Under the pieces are notes generated by a model that ran no database searches, was not told the origin of the DNA, and saw only the letters and a program-made list of their open reading frames with translations. From the NCBI GenBank assembly GCA_037143175.1, contig JBAWZF010000009.1:1959-65958 (forward strand): a stretch of 64,000 bases of DNA, in the 5' to 3' direction. Each line of letters opens with the position of its first letter. Positions within the stretch are counted from its first letter, which is position 1. Of the stretch, positions 28,118 to 37,870 are shown in pieces. Origin of the DNA: a bacterium (GTDB taxonomy: Bacteria; Verrucomicrobiota; Kiritimatiellia; CAIKKV01; CAITUY01). The translations under genes were made by a program, and so were the position numbers.

Positions 28118-28665
28118 GGCGTGGCCTCTTCTATGCCTACTGGGACGTACTTTTTGTCAAGCACCAGCAGTACTTGATCAAATTTCACTCCGTCCTGGCG
28201 ATTCCGGATGGTGAGTACGTGCTTTCCCTTGGCCAGGTTCATTTGCTTCAAGCGAGGGGGGGCCTTGACCCAGTGCCAGGTGAGAAAGGTGGCATCCTTG
28301 CCAAAGGTGAACGGAAGCGAGCCGTCGAGAGACAGAGTGAAGGAACTGTTGCATTCGCTAATCCAATAGACGCGACACCACAGGGTGTATTCGCCGGGTT
28401 CAACAATTTCGAACGGGAGTTTGGCCTCGCCCTGATTGACTTTTGGTGGGTTGCCGGCACCCTTTGGAATTTCCAGATATCTGCCTCCTGACGCTCCCGC
28501 CACAACCGACGCCGAGTTGGACGTGGCGTCTACTATGCGCACGGGCTCCACAATTCCTTCGCTTGATTCAGCCTCCCTACAGATGCGGTCACCTGCGGAG
28601 GCTGGGTATTGTGCCAGAAGCAGGGAAAGCATTCCTGAAATCACGAGTATTAAGCGCTGTTTCAT
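28114..28665 (-). CDS. Secreted stand-alone beta-sandwich protein, carbohydrate-binding-module-like
   Basis: 183-aa ORF. Signal peptide MKQRLILVISGMLSLLLAQYPASA. CBM6/35-like pattern EAE...ASGGRYLE...GEYTLWCRVYW...LAKGKHVLTI...VKFDQVLL. Confidence 0.55.
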   Translation of the reverse strand: MKQRLILVISGMLSLLLAQYPASAGDRICREAESSEGIVEPVRIVDATSNSASVVAGASGGRYLEIPKGAGNPPKVNQGEAKLPFEIVEPGEYTLWCRVYWISECNSSFTLSLDGSLPFTFGKDATFLTWHWVKAPPRLKQMNLAKGKHVLTIRNRQDGVKFDQVLLVLDKKYVPVGIEEATP

Positions 28666-28677
28666 AGTGAACTCCTT

Positions 28678-29823
28678 TCAAAGCCTTCCCTCATACACCG
28701 ACGAGAGAAGTTCGATCATATCCTCGAGACGGCACCGGTGCCGGAGGGACTCGCGTGCACGGTTACCCATAGTGGACCGTAACTTCCCGTTTTCAAGCAA
28801 TTTCAGCATGGCGTCAGCCAAGGCGGTGGAATCCTCAGAGAAGACGAGAAACCCGTTGTCACCGTTTTTTATCACATCCGCCATCCCTGCCACACTGGAA
28901 GCAATAACTGGTTTTCCTGCCGCCATGGCTTCCAGCAAAGTGTAAGGCAATCCCTCCCACAGCGACGGCAGAACCACGACGTCGAAGAGAGGTACAAGAT
29001 CGGGGACATCCTCACGTGCGCCGAGGAGGATGAATCGTTCCTGTAGACCAGCCGCCGCGATGTTGCGCTCAATGCGCTCTTTTAGTTCTCCAGCGCCAAC
29101 CAAAATAAAACGCACATCAGGCAGACGGGCCGCTACCTGCTGCGCGGCAGCGACAAAATGAACATGTCCTTTCTGGAGTGTAAATCGGCCAACCATGCCG
29201 GCCACCAGGCATCCGGTGCCGATCCCCAGTTCGCGTTGCCGCCGATCCCGTTCCTCGACGTTGGGTGGCGGCGAAGCATCGATGCCGTTCTCAATAACCA
29301 CCACGTGGGCTGGATTTGTCAATTGTTGGGCGGTAACTCGCTGGCTGGGACAGACGCATATAATACGGTCTGTGAAGTGGGCGGCGAACCGTTCCAGGTG
29401 AAAGTAAACGAACCGGACCGGCCTGGACGACTTCATTTGGAAAGGGAAGGTGTGTGGAGTATGGATAATGCGCGGAACACCTGTCAGTCGGGCGGCGAGA
29501 CGACCGAGGAATCCCGCCTTTGAGCTGTGCGTGTGAACGACATCGAATCGCGTGTGTCGCATCAAACGAATGAGGCGCAGCAGGGCCAGTAGATCGCTGA
29601 AAGGAGTGATTGCGCGTCGCATGGGAATCAGATGAACCGTGATGCCTTTGGACTTCATGATGGCAATATCATTGAAAAAGGCTGGATCGCGCCGTGCTGA
29701 ACAGGCCGCCGTGACTTGAAAGCGGGAGGGATCCAGAGAGGTCACAACGTCCATCAGGTGGCGCCGGGTTCCCCCGGTGGTGGCCTCCAGTATTTCCAGC
29801 ACTTGACACTTGACACCTGACAC
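28678..29823 (-). CDS. Glycosyltransferase family 4
   Basis: N-terminal TTGGTRRHLMDV. C-terminal VVLPSLWEGLPYTLLEAMAAGKPVIAS (E-x7-E region). Confidence 0.85.
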   Translation of the reverse strand: MSGVKCQVLEILEATTGGTRRHLMDVVTSLDPSRFQVTAACSARRDPAFFNDIAIMKSKGITVHLIPMRRAITPFSDLLALLRLIRLMRHTRFDVVHTHSSKAGFLGRLAARLTGVPRIIHTPHTFPFQMKSSRPVRFVYFHLERFAAHFTDRIICVCPSQRVTAQQLTNPAHVVVIENGIDASPPPNVEERDRRQRELGIGTGCLVAGMVGRFTLQKGHVHFVAAAQQVAARLPDVRFILVGAGELKERIERNIAAAGLQERFILLGAREDVPDLVPLFDVVVLPSLWEGLPYTLLEAMAAGKPVIASSVAGMADVIKNGDNGFLVFSEDSTALADAMLKLLENGKLRSTMGNRARESLRHRCRLEDMIELLSSVYEGRL

Positions 29824-29826
29824 GAA

Positions 29827-31398
29827 TCACCTCCGTCTGACGAAGCTCCACATGGCGTGGACTTCAGGCATCCGCAGGGCAATCACTGCTCCCGCAAAAG
29901 CCAGAATCCCAGCCGTTGAGGCGATGCCGATTCTCGCGGCGATAAGTCCGGAGGCCATCCATCTTGTACCGCCTGCGACAGGAGGCAGGCCGTGTAGCAA
30001 TCCGTTATGGACGGCTTGGACAACGATGGCCATGCTGGCGGCGGCCAGCAGCAGTCGCAGTCCGAATACGATGTTCTCACCCAGGCGTAGATCACCAAGC
30101 TTGGGTTTTAGCAGGAGGTAGAGTACCAACACTTTCGCGGTTTTGCTGATCAACGTCGCCAGGGCAATACTGCGATGCTGCATGCTGTCATGCAACGCGA
30201 CGACAATGCCAACATGCAGGATTACGCAGACGACTCCCACGATGGCTGGGGAGAGGGTGTCCTGGGCCGAGAAATAGAACCGCATCAGAATAATTTCAAG
30301 GGCGAGTGAAGTCAGGGCGGCTGCGAAAAACAGCAGTGGCCCTGCGGTGAGCAGAACGGAGTCCATGCCGAACTTGCCGCGTTCGAAAACAAGCTGAACC
30401 ACAGGCACCCGCAGGACCATCAGCGTCACTGAAATAGGAACGAGAATCAGAGCCATGGTGCGCAACGCACCCATCACAGCATCGGTGGTCTTGCGGCGGT
30501 CTCCACCAACGTTGAGGTCGGAGAAGAACGGATAGATCACCACGCCCACAGCGAACGGGATCAGGTTGATGAGAGTATCCGTCAAGCCCTTGGCATAGCC
30601 CAGGCTGGAAGCGAAGCCAGGGCCCATGCCTGAGGCAAAACGGTAATCGATCATGGTGCGGGCCTGTGCAATCAGGATGGATGCCAGTGTGGGCGGTAGC
30701 AGCAAGGCGAACTTTTTAAGCAGAGGATCATGCCAATCCACCGTAAGGCGTAACAGTTTCAGTTTGGATCTCAGGCCGATGAGCAGGATCGCCAGACTGG
30801 CACCCATGCCGGCCACAACGCCCATGGCCAGGCCTTTGATCCCGAAAAATGGGGCCAGCGCTACCATGATGGTAATAACCATGATTTTGTTTCCAGCATC
30901 TGCAAAAGCCGGCAGTGCAAAACGCTTGTCGGCATTGAAAATCAGGGTGGCCAAGGCGAACAAAGCCATGAATAAGGCGGCCGGTAACATGATTCGGACG
31001 AGTGTGATGGCGAGGTTTGCCGTTTCTTCTGATTGGAACGAGGAGAGGCCATGCACCATCCAGGGAGCCAGCACGATTCCCAGAGCCACCGCCGCCGTCA
31101 TTACCACCGCCACGATGGCGACCACTGCGCCCGTAAAACGCCAGGCCGCCGACTCACCTCCGGACTCCTTACGTTCGATGAACAGGGGCAGAAAGGGGGC
31201 GAGTAGCTTGTGCGGGATGATCATGAATGTGAAGACGATACTACTGAAGGCGAACGTATAGGCGTCGGCGGCGGTTCCCGTGCCGAACTGTTGTGCGATT
31301 ACGACTTTCTGGATGAACCCGCTCAGTCTTGCCAAAAGCGCAAAGGCACTGATGATCAGAGTGCCCCGGATAACCTTGCTTCCGAAAGATGCTGTCAT
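29827..31398 (-). CDS. MurJ/MviN-family lipid-linked oligosaccharide flippase
   Basis: 523-aa polytopic ORF. N-terminus ARLSGFIQKVVIAQQFGTGTAADAYTFAF is typical of MurJ/MviN. Confidence 0.85.
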   Translation of the reverse strand: MTASFGSKVIRGTLIISAFALLARLSGFIQKVVIAQQFGTGTAADAYTFAFSSIVFTFMIIPHKLLAPFLPLFIERKESGGESAAWRFTGAVVAIVAVVMTAAVALGIVLAPWMVHGLSSFQSEETANLAITLVRIMLPAALFMALFALATLIFNADKRFALPAFADAGNKIMVITIMVALAPFFGIKGLAMGVVAGMGASLAILLIGLRSKLKLLRLTVDWHDPLLKKFALLLPPTLASILIAQARTMIDYRFASGMGPGFASSLGYAKGLTDTLINLIPFAVGVVIYPFFSDLNVGGDRRKTTDAVMGALRTMALILVPISVTLMVLRVPVVQLVFERGKFGMDSVLLTAGPLLFFAAALTSLALEIILMRFYFSAQDTLSPAIVGVVCVILHVGIVVALHDSMQHRSIALATLISKTAKVLVLYLLLKPKLGDLRLGENIVFGLRLLLAAASMAIVVQAVHNGLLHGLPPVAGGTRWMASGLIAARIGIASTAGILAFAGAVIALRMPEVHAMWSFVRRR

Positions 31399-32648
31399 AT
31401 CGTTTTCCGCATATTATTAAATAGCTCTGCCAATGGAGCTGCATTCCGGGCAATATCAAATCGTTCCCGTATGGTGGTGGTACCGAAAGTTGACAGTATC
31501 CGACACAATGATTCGCTTTTCAACAATTCTTCGATCATTTCCGCCAAGATCCGGGCATCACCTGGTGGGGCCAAAAGGCCGGTACGACCGTGGACGATTA
31601 CTTCCGGTATCCCGGCGACCGGAGTAGTGACCACGGGAATACCCGCTGCCAGAGACTCCAGGATGACATTTGGAAGGCTGTCCCGGTCGCCATCGGGTGC
31701 GATGATGCATGGGAGAGCAAATACATGGGCCTGTTTGAGCAGGGAGACAACTTCCTCTGTCGAACACTCGCCCAGCAGCTGAACCGTTTCAGCGAGTCCC
31801 AACCGGTTAATTGCGGATTCAAGATTACGGCGCTCGGAACCTTCGCCGACGATGAGGCATCGGAAGGCCAGGTGGCGGTCACGCAAGATTCGGCAGGCTT
31901 CGATCAGGATGACGAACCCTTTTTTTGGTTGCAAACGACCGACAGCCAGAATTAGAGGTGGGACAGGGCGTTCTGTTATTTGTCCGCCGTTGACTGGTGT
32001 CGGGGCTTCACTCGAAGAGAACTCGGACGGTGTTAAGCCGTGGTAGATCAGGTGGACCTTCTCTGGCGGCAACGGACCAGCCCGCCGGTTAAGTTCATCT
32101 AAGCCGTAACTGGTACATACGGACACAAATTTAGCCGCCTGCGCCTTCCGTGACAGGGCTGCACGTGACTGAAGATAAATGTCTCTGGCGTGGGCGCTGA
32201 AACTGAAACTTATATTCAGCAGAGTAGCCATCATACGGGCTACATCTGTGGGCATATAGGCGAAATGCGCGTGAATATGTTCCACGCCGAAGTGCCCGGC
32301 CCGGCGAGCAAAGATGGCGGCTACCGGGAGATTCCGAAGGCACTTCAACAGTTCAATCGGGTCATGCAGGGAAGCGGCCAGAGTTTGCAGCAGGGCGCGA
32401 AGTGTGCGGCGCGGATGCCGCAACATGAAATACCACTGAGCAGTGATCACGGCAGGTGATAAGAGCGACGGACGGTAATATACCAGATGCTTTGGGGTTA
32501 GGTTCCCGGCCTGGCGGCAGATGACGGCTGGGCGTCGCAGGGAGAAGATGATAATTTTGAATCCCTTTCTCCGGAGTTCATCAAGCTCTCTCTGGATGAA
32601 GGTCTCTGTCCGGGAAGGGAACGTTCCTAGCACATAAGCGAGTTTCAT
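31395..32648 (-). CDS. Glycosyltransferase family 4
   Basis: Start set at MKLAYVLGTFPS (ATG at 32648, 1 nt after the upstream stop). C-terminal FALPCIIAPDGDRDSLPNVILESLAAGIPVVTT. Confidence 0.8.
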   Translation of the reverse strand: MKLAYVLGTFPSRTETFIQRELDELRRKGFKIIIFSLRRPAVICRQAGNLTPKHLVYYRPSLLSPAVITAQWYFMLRHPRRTLRALLQTLAASLHDPIELLKCLRNLPVAAIFARRAGHFGVEHIHAHFAYMPTDVARMMATLLNISFSFSAHARDIYLQSRAALSRKAQAAKFVSVCTSYGLDELNRRAGPLPPEKVHLIYHGLTPSEFSSSEAPTPVNGGQITERPVPPLILAVGRLQPKKGFVILIEACRILRDRHLAFRCLIVGEGSERRNLESAINRLGLAETVQLLGECSTEEVVSLLKQAHVFALPCIIAPDGDRDSLPNVILESLAAGIPVVTTPVAGIPEVIVHGRTGLLAPPGDARILAEMIEELLKSESLCRILSTFGTTTIRERFDIARNAAPLAELFNNMRKTI

Positions 32649-32649
32649 G

Positions 32650-33807
32650 TCAGGCATGGCTGGCGGCCTCCTCATACACGACTTCTGTGTCCGCCGCAAC
32701 GTTGGCCCATGAGAATTTGCGGACATGGTTCAGGCCCCTCGCGATCAGGTCGGTTCTCACTTTGTCGTCAGTCAGTACCGTTTCCATGGCAGCGGCCAGT
32801 CGGTCGGTTGCGAGCGCGTCCGTGGTGATGGCTGCCGGTCCCGCAATCTCCGGCAGGGCGCCCCTGTCGGAGATAACCACAGGCGTTCCGCATGCCATGG
32901 CCTCAAGGGGGGGCAGGCCGAAGCCCTCATAAAGTGAAGGGAATACGAAAAGAGCGGCCATGTTGTATAGCAGTGGTAATTTATCAAAAGGAATAAAACC
33001 GGTAAAGATAACGTCCTGCTTCATATCCTGCTCACGAATAGCGCGTCTCACGTTGGCCTGATCCCATGATGGGACTCCGGCGATCACAAGTTGATGGGTG
33101 ATGGCCGGGTTCTGTCGCAGTAAGCGATAGGCTTTGATCAGGCGCGTCAGGTTTTTCTTGGGTTCCAGTCCGCCGACAAACAGTATGAAAAGCTCCGGCA
33201 AACGGTATTCCAAGCGCATACGACTGAAGGCATCTTCGCCCAGCAGGATACGGAATTCAGGGCGCACACCGAGCGGTATGACGCGCACTTTGTTCTCGGC
33301 GGCAGGAAAATATCGCAGCAGGTCGGTGCGAGTGGTTTCGGAGGGAACGATTATTCTTGTGGCCTTGCGGACAGAGGGAGGCACCAGCAGGCGGTAGTGA
33401 AGCCGGTTGCTGAGTGTGCAAAGCTCGGGATGGGACAACGCGATCAGATCGTAGAGGGTGATCACCACCGGGATCCGTGACAGAATTGGGGCCACATAGC
33501 CTGGCGCATGGAGTAGATCGAAACACTGGTTTATCAGAAACGATGGGAGAACCAACTGTTCCCACAAGATGCGGATGGGACGAAGGTTGACAGGCCAGCG
33601 GGTAGATAGGGTCGCCGTTGACCGGCGGGCGCTAAGCGGCCCGCCGAAGCCGTGTGGAGTAGCGCCCGGTTTGTCTACCACGGACTGCGTGAAGAGGGTG
33701 TAATCATACTTGCCGAAAGCGGCCAGGGCTTGCACCAGGTTCAGGATGGAGCCTTCCACGCCGGAGTGGCGGTGGCCCAGAAGCATTCCATCTATGGCTA
33801 TGCGCAT
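32650..33807 (-). CDS. Glycosyltransferase family 4
   Basis: MRIAIDG...HSGVEGSILNL N-terminus; FVFPSLYEGFGLPPLEAMACGTPVVIS. Confidence 0.85.
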   Translation of the reverse strand: MRIAIDGMLLGHRHSGVEGSILNLVQALAAFGKYDYTLFTQSVVDKPGATPHGFGGPLSARRSTATLSTRWPVNLRPIRILWEQLVLPSFLINQCFDLLHAPGYVAPILSRIPVVITLYDLIALSHPELCTLSNRLHYRLLVPPSVRKATRIIVPSETTRTDLLRYFPAAENKVRVIPLGVRPEFRILLGEDAFSRMRLEYRLPELFILFVGGLEPKKNLTRLIKAYRLLRQNPAITHQLVIAGVPSWDQANVRRAIREQDMKQDVIFTGFIPFDKLPLLYNMAALFVFPSLYEGFGLPPLEAMACGTPVVISDRGALPEIAGPAAITTDALATDRLAAAMETVLTDDKVRTDLIARGLNHVRKFSWANVAADTEVVYEEAASHA

Positions 33808-35000
33808 GGTGTGCTCCTGTCAGAGAGAAGTTCGTCATAGATCGCCTCTATCTCCATGATTCTTTTCCTGACGTTAAAGTCTTGTTCAACACGTTGCCGC
33901 CCGGCTGCACTGAGTTGTTCTGCCAACAGCGGATTGTGGATCAGGCGAAGTGCCTCCCCAGCCAGATCCTCCGCCCGATCGCTTGCGGCTAGAAGTCCGT
34001 CAATGCCATGACGAATTATTTCGGCAGGGCCACAGGCATTCACCGCCACCACGGGTTTACCCCTGGCCATGGCTTCCAGTATGACCCGACCCAGTGGCTC
34101 TCGCACAGCGGGGTGGATCAGGATATCTATTGACTCCAGCAGCGGGGTCACATCCTGGAGGTGTCCCGTGAAAAGCAGGCGGTTCTTAAGACCCAGTTGC
34201 GCGATTTTGGATTCAAGCGTCGTCCGATAACCGCGATGTTCGTCGAAGAGATCGTCGCCAACGATTACAAACCGGGCGTCGGGCAGGATCGCGGCCAGCC
34301 GGACGGCTGTTTCAATAAAGGCGCCATGGTTTTTCCATGGCACCAACTGGGCTATCATGCCAAATACCGGCCCCTTGTGAAGCAGGCGTTCAGTCTGTGG
34401 TCCCACTGGTTCGTCCGGAAGACTGTTCTGCGATTTGCCGTGGGGTGCATTCAGGGTGGTATCGATGCCGTTATAAATGGTTCGCAGTTTATTTGGCGGG
34501 TGAATGCACGGTGAAACATGACGGTGAACGCAATCAGAAATGGCAATGGTGCGGGACGAGAAGCGGTTCAGCCAGGGTCCCAGTAAGCCTAAAGTCACCA
34601 TGTCACGAGTATGCCAGATGCAGGGAACCCCGGACAGTCGTGCCGCCGGGCCTGCGTAGATCTGTGCGGTATTGCTGTTGGCATGAATGAGGGCAATCCG
34701 TTCCCGGCGAATCAGTCGTGTCAACTGCACGGTAACCTTGAGGATATTCAACAGGCTGACAGCGAGGCACCAGGGATTCGTGGTTTTGCAGATCCTGCGC
34801 AAGGGGAGGGGCAGACATCTCGCACCGCACTGCCGGAGCGATTCGGTTAACTCGCCGCCGGGGGGGAGCGCGACGATCGGATCAAACCTGTTCCTGTCAA
34901 TATGCCGCAACATGTCCAGAAGGCTGCGCTCCGCGCCGCTGATGCGTGAGACATGGTTGACGAAGAGAATACGCGCCGGTTTCACCGGGACACCATCCAC
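33798..35000 (-). CDS. Glycosyltransferase family 4
   Basis: ILFVNHVSRISGAERSLLDML N-terminus; LIHPAVREPLGRVILEAMARGKPVVAV. Confidence 0.85.
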   Translation of the reverse strand: MDGVPVKPARILFVNHVSRISGAERSLLDMLRHIDRNRFDPIVALPPGGELTESLRQCGARCLPLPLRRICKTTNPWCLAVSLLNILKVTVQLTRLIRRERIALIHANSNTAQIYAGPAARLSGVPCIWHTRDMVTLGLLGPWLNRFSSRTIAISDCVHRHVSPCIHPPNKLRTIYNGIDTTLNAPHGKSQNSLPDEPVGPQTERLLHKGPVFGMIAQLVPWKNHGAFIETAVRLAAILPDARFVIVGDDLFDEHRGYRTTLESKIAQLGLKNRLLFTGHLQDVTPLLESIDILIHPAVREPLGRVILEAMARGKPVVAVNACGPAEIIRHGIDGLLAASDRAEDLAGEALRLIHNPLLAEQLSAAGRQRVEQDFNVRKRIMEIEAIYDELLSDRSTPCA

Positions 35001-35803
35001 GTATCGGTCAGGTCAATGACCTTGCGTTCCCAGTCCAGCCCATAGAAACTATGGTTGGCGCCGGTAATCTCATGGACTTCCTGAGGGATGCCGAGTCGTG
35101 AACAAAGCGATGTGTAGCCAGCCTTGGAGGCCGCCGTCTCCGGATCATTTGTGCCGTGGATACAAAGTATGCGGCCCTTGAAGTTGCGCAGTTGGTTTAA
35201 CCAGAGAGTTTCATCATGGATTTCCCTCTGTCCGGCGGCCTCCCTGGCTCCCACCGCTTTTTTTACCATCCTGACATTGATCCGAAACGTCAGGAGTTTG
35301 CGCCACGTTTCCAGCCGTAGCAACTTCCGGCCGTAAGTGCGCAGGGCATCCAGCGATTTGCGGTTCTTGCTGGAGGTGTCGCGCATGGGCCCCATCGGTT
35401 CGGGCGACCAGAGTGCCAGTCCACCAACCCGCGCGTCGGTTGCCGCCGCGCCGATCGCGACTTTGCACCCGGAACAGATGGCCAGCAGAACCACCTGGCG
35501 TTCGGGATACTGTGGCAAGATAAAGTCCAAGGCGGCCGTTGCGTCTGCGATCATCGATCGGATAGAGGCATCAGCAGTAGTGCCGCCGCTATCGCCACGT
35601 CCGCGGAAATCGAAACGCAGGCAGACACAGCCGCGGGCGGTCAACCGTCGAGCCATATGGACGAACATCCGGTGCGGGCCGAGGCGTGAGCCGGCCCACC
35701 CGTGTAGGAACACGACCAGTGGTCCCGCGCGATCCGGCTCCGGCTCATGAACGATGCCATAAAGAGTCTGGTCGTTTACCTTGAAATGGATGGGGTGTTC
35801 CAT
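34982..35803 (-). CDS. Alpha/beta-hydrolase-fold protein with apparent Cys nucleophile (exosortase-A-associated hydrolase-1-like?)
   Basis: 273-aa ORF. LVVFLHGWAGS oxyanion region; nucleophile elbow VVLLAICSGCKVAIGAA (small-x-Cys-x-small); GTNDPE (acid); GANHSFY (His). Confidence 0.75.
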   Translation of the reverse strand: MEHPIHFKVNDQTLYGIVHEPEPDRAGPLVVFLHGWAGSRLGPHRMFVHMARRLTARGCVCLRFDFRGRGDSGGTTADASIRSMIADATAALDFILPQYPERQVVLLAICSGCKVAIGAAATDARVGGLALWSPEPMGPMRDTSSKNRKSLDALRTYGRKLLRLETWRKLLTFRINVRMVKKAVGAREAAGQREIHDETLWLNQLRNFKGRILCIHGTNDPETAASKAGYTSLCSRLGIPQEVHEITGANHSFYGLDWERKVIDLTDTWMVSR

Positions 35804-35811
35804 GGAATGTG

Positions 35812-36639
35812 TCAGGTATTAGAAGTGAGCAAATTAATCCAAGCCTTGGTCTTATCGATTAACGATGGACACTCCACCAGTCCGACCAGATTCCAGAACG
35901 GATCTTCTTCTGCTGAAATAAGGTCAATGTGGGCCCCGCCGTCAAGGCTTGCCTCCTTGAGTGCTGATAATTCCCGTGGCCCCGCACCGCTTGGCGCAAT
36001 ATGAACCAGCAGTACTTTGCGGGGCCTCTGTGCCGCCGCCTTGATCAGATCAATTGTGGTGATGTCATGAAACAGCCGCGAGTTTACGGCATAGCCATCC
36101 AGATCTATCGGCCGGCCATCTTCCAAATCTTTCAGCAAGGTTGCCCGCGTCACGCGGCTCTGCCCGAACGTCACCATTTCCCGAACCAATTTTCGGCGGA
36201 GTTCATAATCAAAATGACGGCGGCCATGGATAATGGGTTCCCAAAGTACGGTAAATTCGAGGGACTCAATCATTTGGGCCGCTTCAAAAGCCAGTGACGC
36301 GCCTAGACGCAAGCCCAGCAATCCGAGCCTGTTCAATCCAATTTGTCCGGTCATAAAACGAGCGGCGTGGGTGATATCTTCACGCCAGTCCGGGCAGGAG
36401 AAATCCTTAAAATCACCAGTACTATCACCGCAGCCGCAATAATCGAAACGCAGGACGGCGCAACCGTTGGCGGCAAAGGCTCGGGCGGCGTCAACCATAA
36501 TCCGGTGGGAACTCTTGCGCTCCTCGAAGAGCGGGTTACACATCACCATTCCGCACCGAATCTCTCCTTCCGGACGGTAGAGCATGCCGGACAAGGTGTC
36601 ACGCCCTCTTGGAATCAGAACGGATTGTTCCATACTCAT
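35812..36639 (-). CDS. Alpha/beta-hydrolase-fold protein with non-canonical elbow (exosortase-A-associated hydrolase-2-like?)
   Basis: 275-aa ORF. Fold-typical VMCNPLFEERKSSHR...LRFDYCGCGDS. The elbow reads LGLLGLRLGASLA, with Arg where the Ser nucleophile normally sits. Confidence 0.7.
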   Translation of the reverse strand: MSMEQSVLIPRGRDTLSGMLYRPEGEIRCGMVMCNPLFEERKSSHRIMVDAARAFAANGCAVLRFDYCGCGDSTGDFKDFSCPDWREDITHAARFMTGQIGLNRLGLLGLRLGASLAFEAAQMIESLEFTVLWEPIIHGRRHFDYELRRKLVREMVTFGQSRVTRATLLKDLEDGRPIDLDGYAVNSRLFHDITTIDLIKAAAQRPRKVLLVHIAPSGAGPRELSALKEASLDGGAHIDLISAEEDPFWNLVGLVECPSLIDKTKAWINLLTSNT

Positions 36640-36896
36640 TCGGCAGTCATTTTGCTGCCTACAAACGCGGCCAGAGCGGCGACAGTTGCGAAATGTTTAA
36701 TGCTGAACTCCTCGTCGGGGATGACGATGCCAAATTCTTCTTCAATGCCTACCACCAATTCGAGCAGGCTCACCGAGTCCACTCCATAGTCGTCCATGAG
36801 CGATTTGTTGTCTTCAATCGCTTCTGGGGCGATTTTGAGAAAAAGCCTTGATGCGATCATGCGTTTCAGCCGGTCTTCAATGTTTTCTTCAGTCAT
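36636..36896 (-). CDS. Acyl carrier protein
   Basis: 86-aa acidic ORF with phosphopantetheine attachment motif DDYGVDSVSLLELV. ATGA overlap with the downstream hydrolase. Confidence 0.85.
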   Translation of the reverse strand: MTEENIEDRLKRMIASRLFLKIAPEAIEDNKSLMDDYGVDSVSLLELVVGIEEEFGIVIPDEEFSIKHFATVAALAAFVGSKMTAE

Positions 36897-36997
36897 AGTA
36901 ATACTCCTAAAGGAAGTCTCGCACGTTGTGGCGGCACTTTCAATACTAACGGTTGATGCGTAAGTATTCAGGTCATCCCGGTGCGCGGTATTGCCTG

Positions 36998-37870
36998 CTA
37001 TTCCGTCACTGGCAGCGTTGTTACCTCCGTCAGCTTTCCGACACGCAGGCGGCGCCAGGGCGTTTCCTCATCGGAAGGACCTTGCTCACTCTCGAACATG
37101 GACTGCCAGCGTTGCTTGAATAGCAGGCCATGGCGGATAATCAAGCCAGTGTTGGGTAGCGTTTGTGTTCCGGCCGTGGTGATACTTTCAAAATGATACA
37201 TCTCCACCGTGGGGTCAAAGACAATGCGATGACCCTGGCTCCGGACGCGGTAACAAAGATCAAAATCCTCGAATTCGACGGGGTTAAAAGTCTCGTCAAA
37301 GCCTCCGGCATTCTCAAACAGTTCGCGTCGGATCATGAAACAGGCGCTGATCAGGCACTGGACATCCTGTTTTTGGCTGAAGCGGGGATCGTCCCGTCGT
37401 TCGCCCCGGCCGCGAAATAAGACCCGGCCAGTGCGTGAGATGCCGACTCCAGCACATTGGATCAGATGCGGGGGCAGGGGGTACACCAATTTTGGGCCTA
37501 CTATGCCGACAGACGGGTCGGCATCAAGTGTCGATCCCAGTGTTGCCAGCCAGCTCCGGCTGCGGAGCGCCACGTCATTATCAATAAACACCAGCCGGGA
37601 TCCGGACGCTATGGCGGCACCCTGGTTTCGGGCTGTGGAACATCCGACATTCCCCTTGTTGCGTATCAGTCGGACGTTAACACCTGCGGTTCTGGCCATA
37701 GCGGTCAACTCGTCGATTACCCAATCAGGCGTATGATCAGTCGAGCCGTTGTCCACGACGATCAATTCCCACTTTGCGCCTATGGACGCCAGTAATGACG
37801 GCAGGCAGAGACGGGTGTAATCTAGCTTGTTGTGAGTCAGTGTGACCACTGAAGTGAGTGTGAGTGGCAT
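36998..37870 (-). CDS. Glycosyltransferase family 2
   Basis: VVTLTHNKLDYTRLCL, VVDNGSTDHT and FIDNDV (DxD) motifs. TAATG overlap with the upstream E1 beta gene. Confidence 0.85.
   Translation of the reverse strand: MPLTLTSVVTLTHNKLDYTRLCLPSLLASIGAKWELIVVDNGSTDHTPDWVIDELTAMARTAGVNVRLIRNKGNVGCSTARNQGAAIASGSRLVFIDNDVALRSRSWLATLGSTLDADPSVGIVGPKLVYPLPPHLIQCAGVGISRTGRVLFRGRGERRDDPRFSQKQDVQCLISACFMIRRELFENAGGFDETFNPVEFEDFDLCYRVRSQGHRIVFDPTVEMYHFESITTAGTQTLPNTGLIIRHGLLFKQRWQSMFESEQGPSDEETPWRRLRVGKLTEVTTLPVTE

Noticed and set aside
30653-31261. 202-aa plus-strand ORF
   Set aside because: It is antisense to the MurJ-like flippase gene, and its Ala/Ser/Arg-rich sequence has no motifs.
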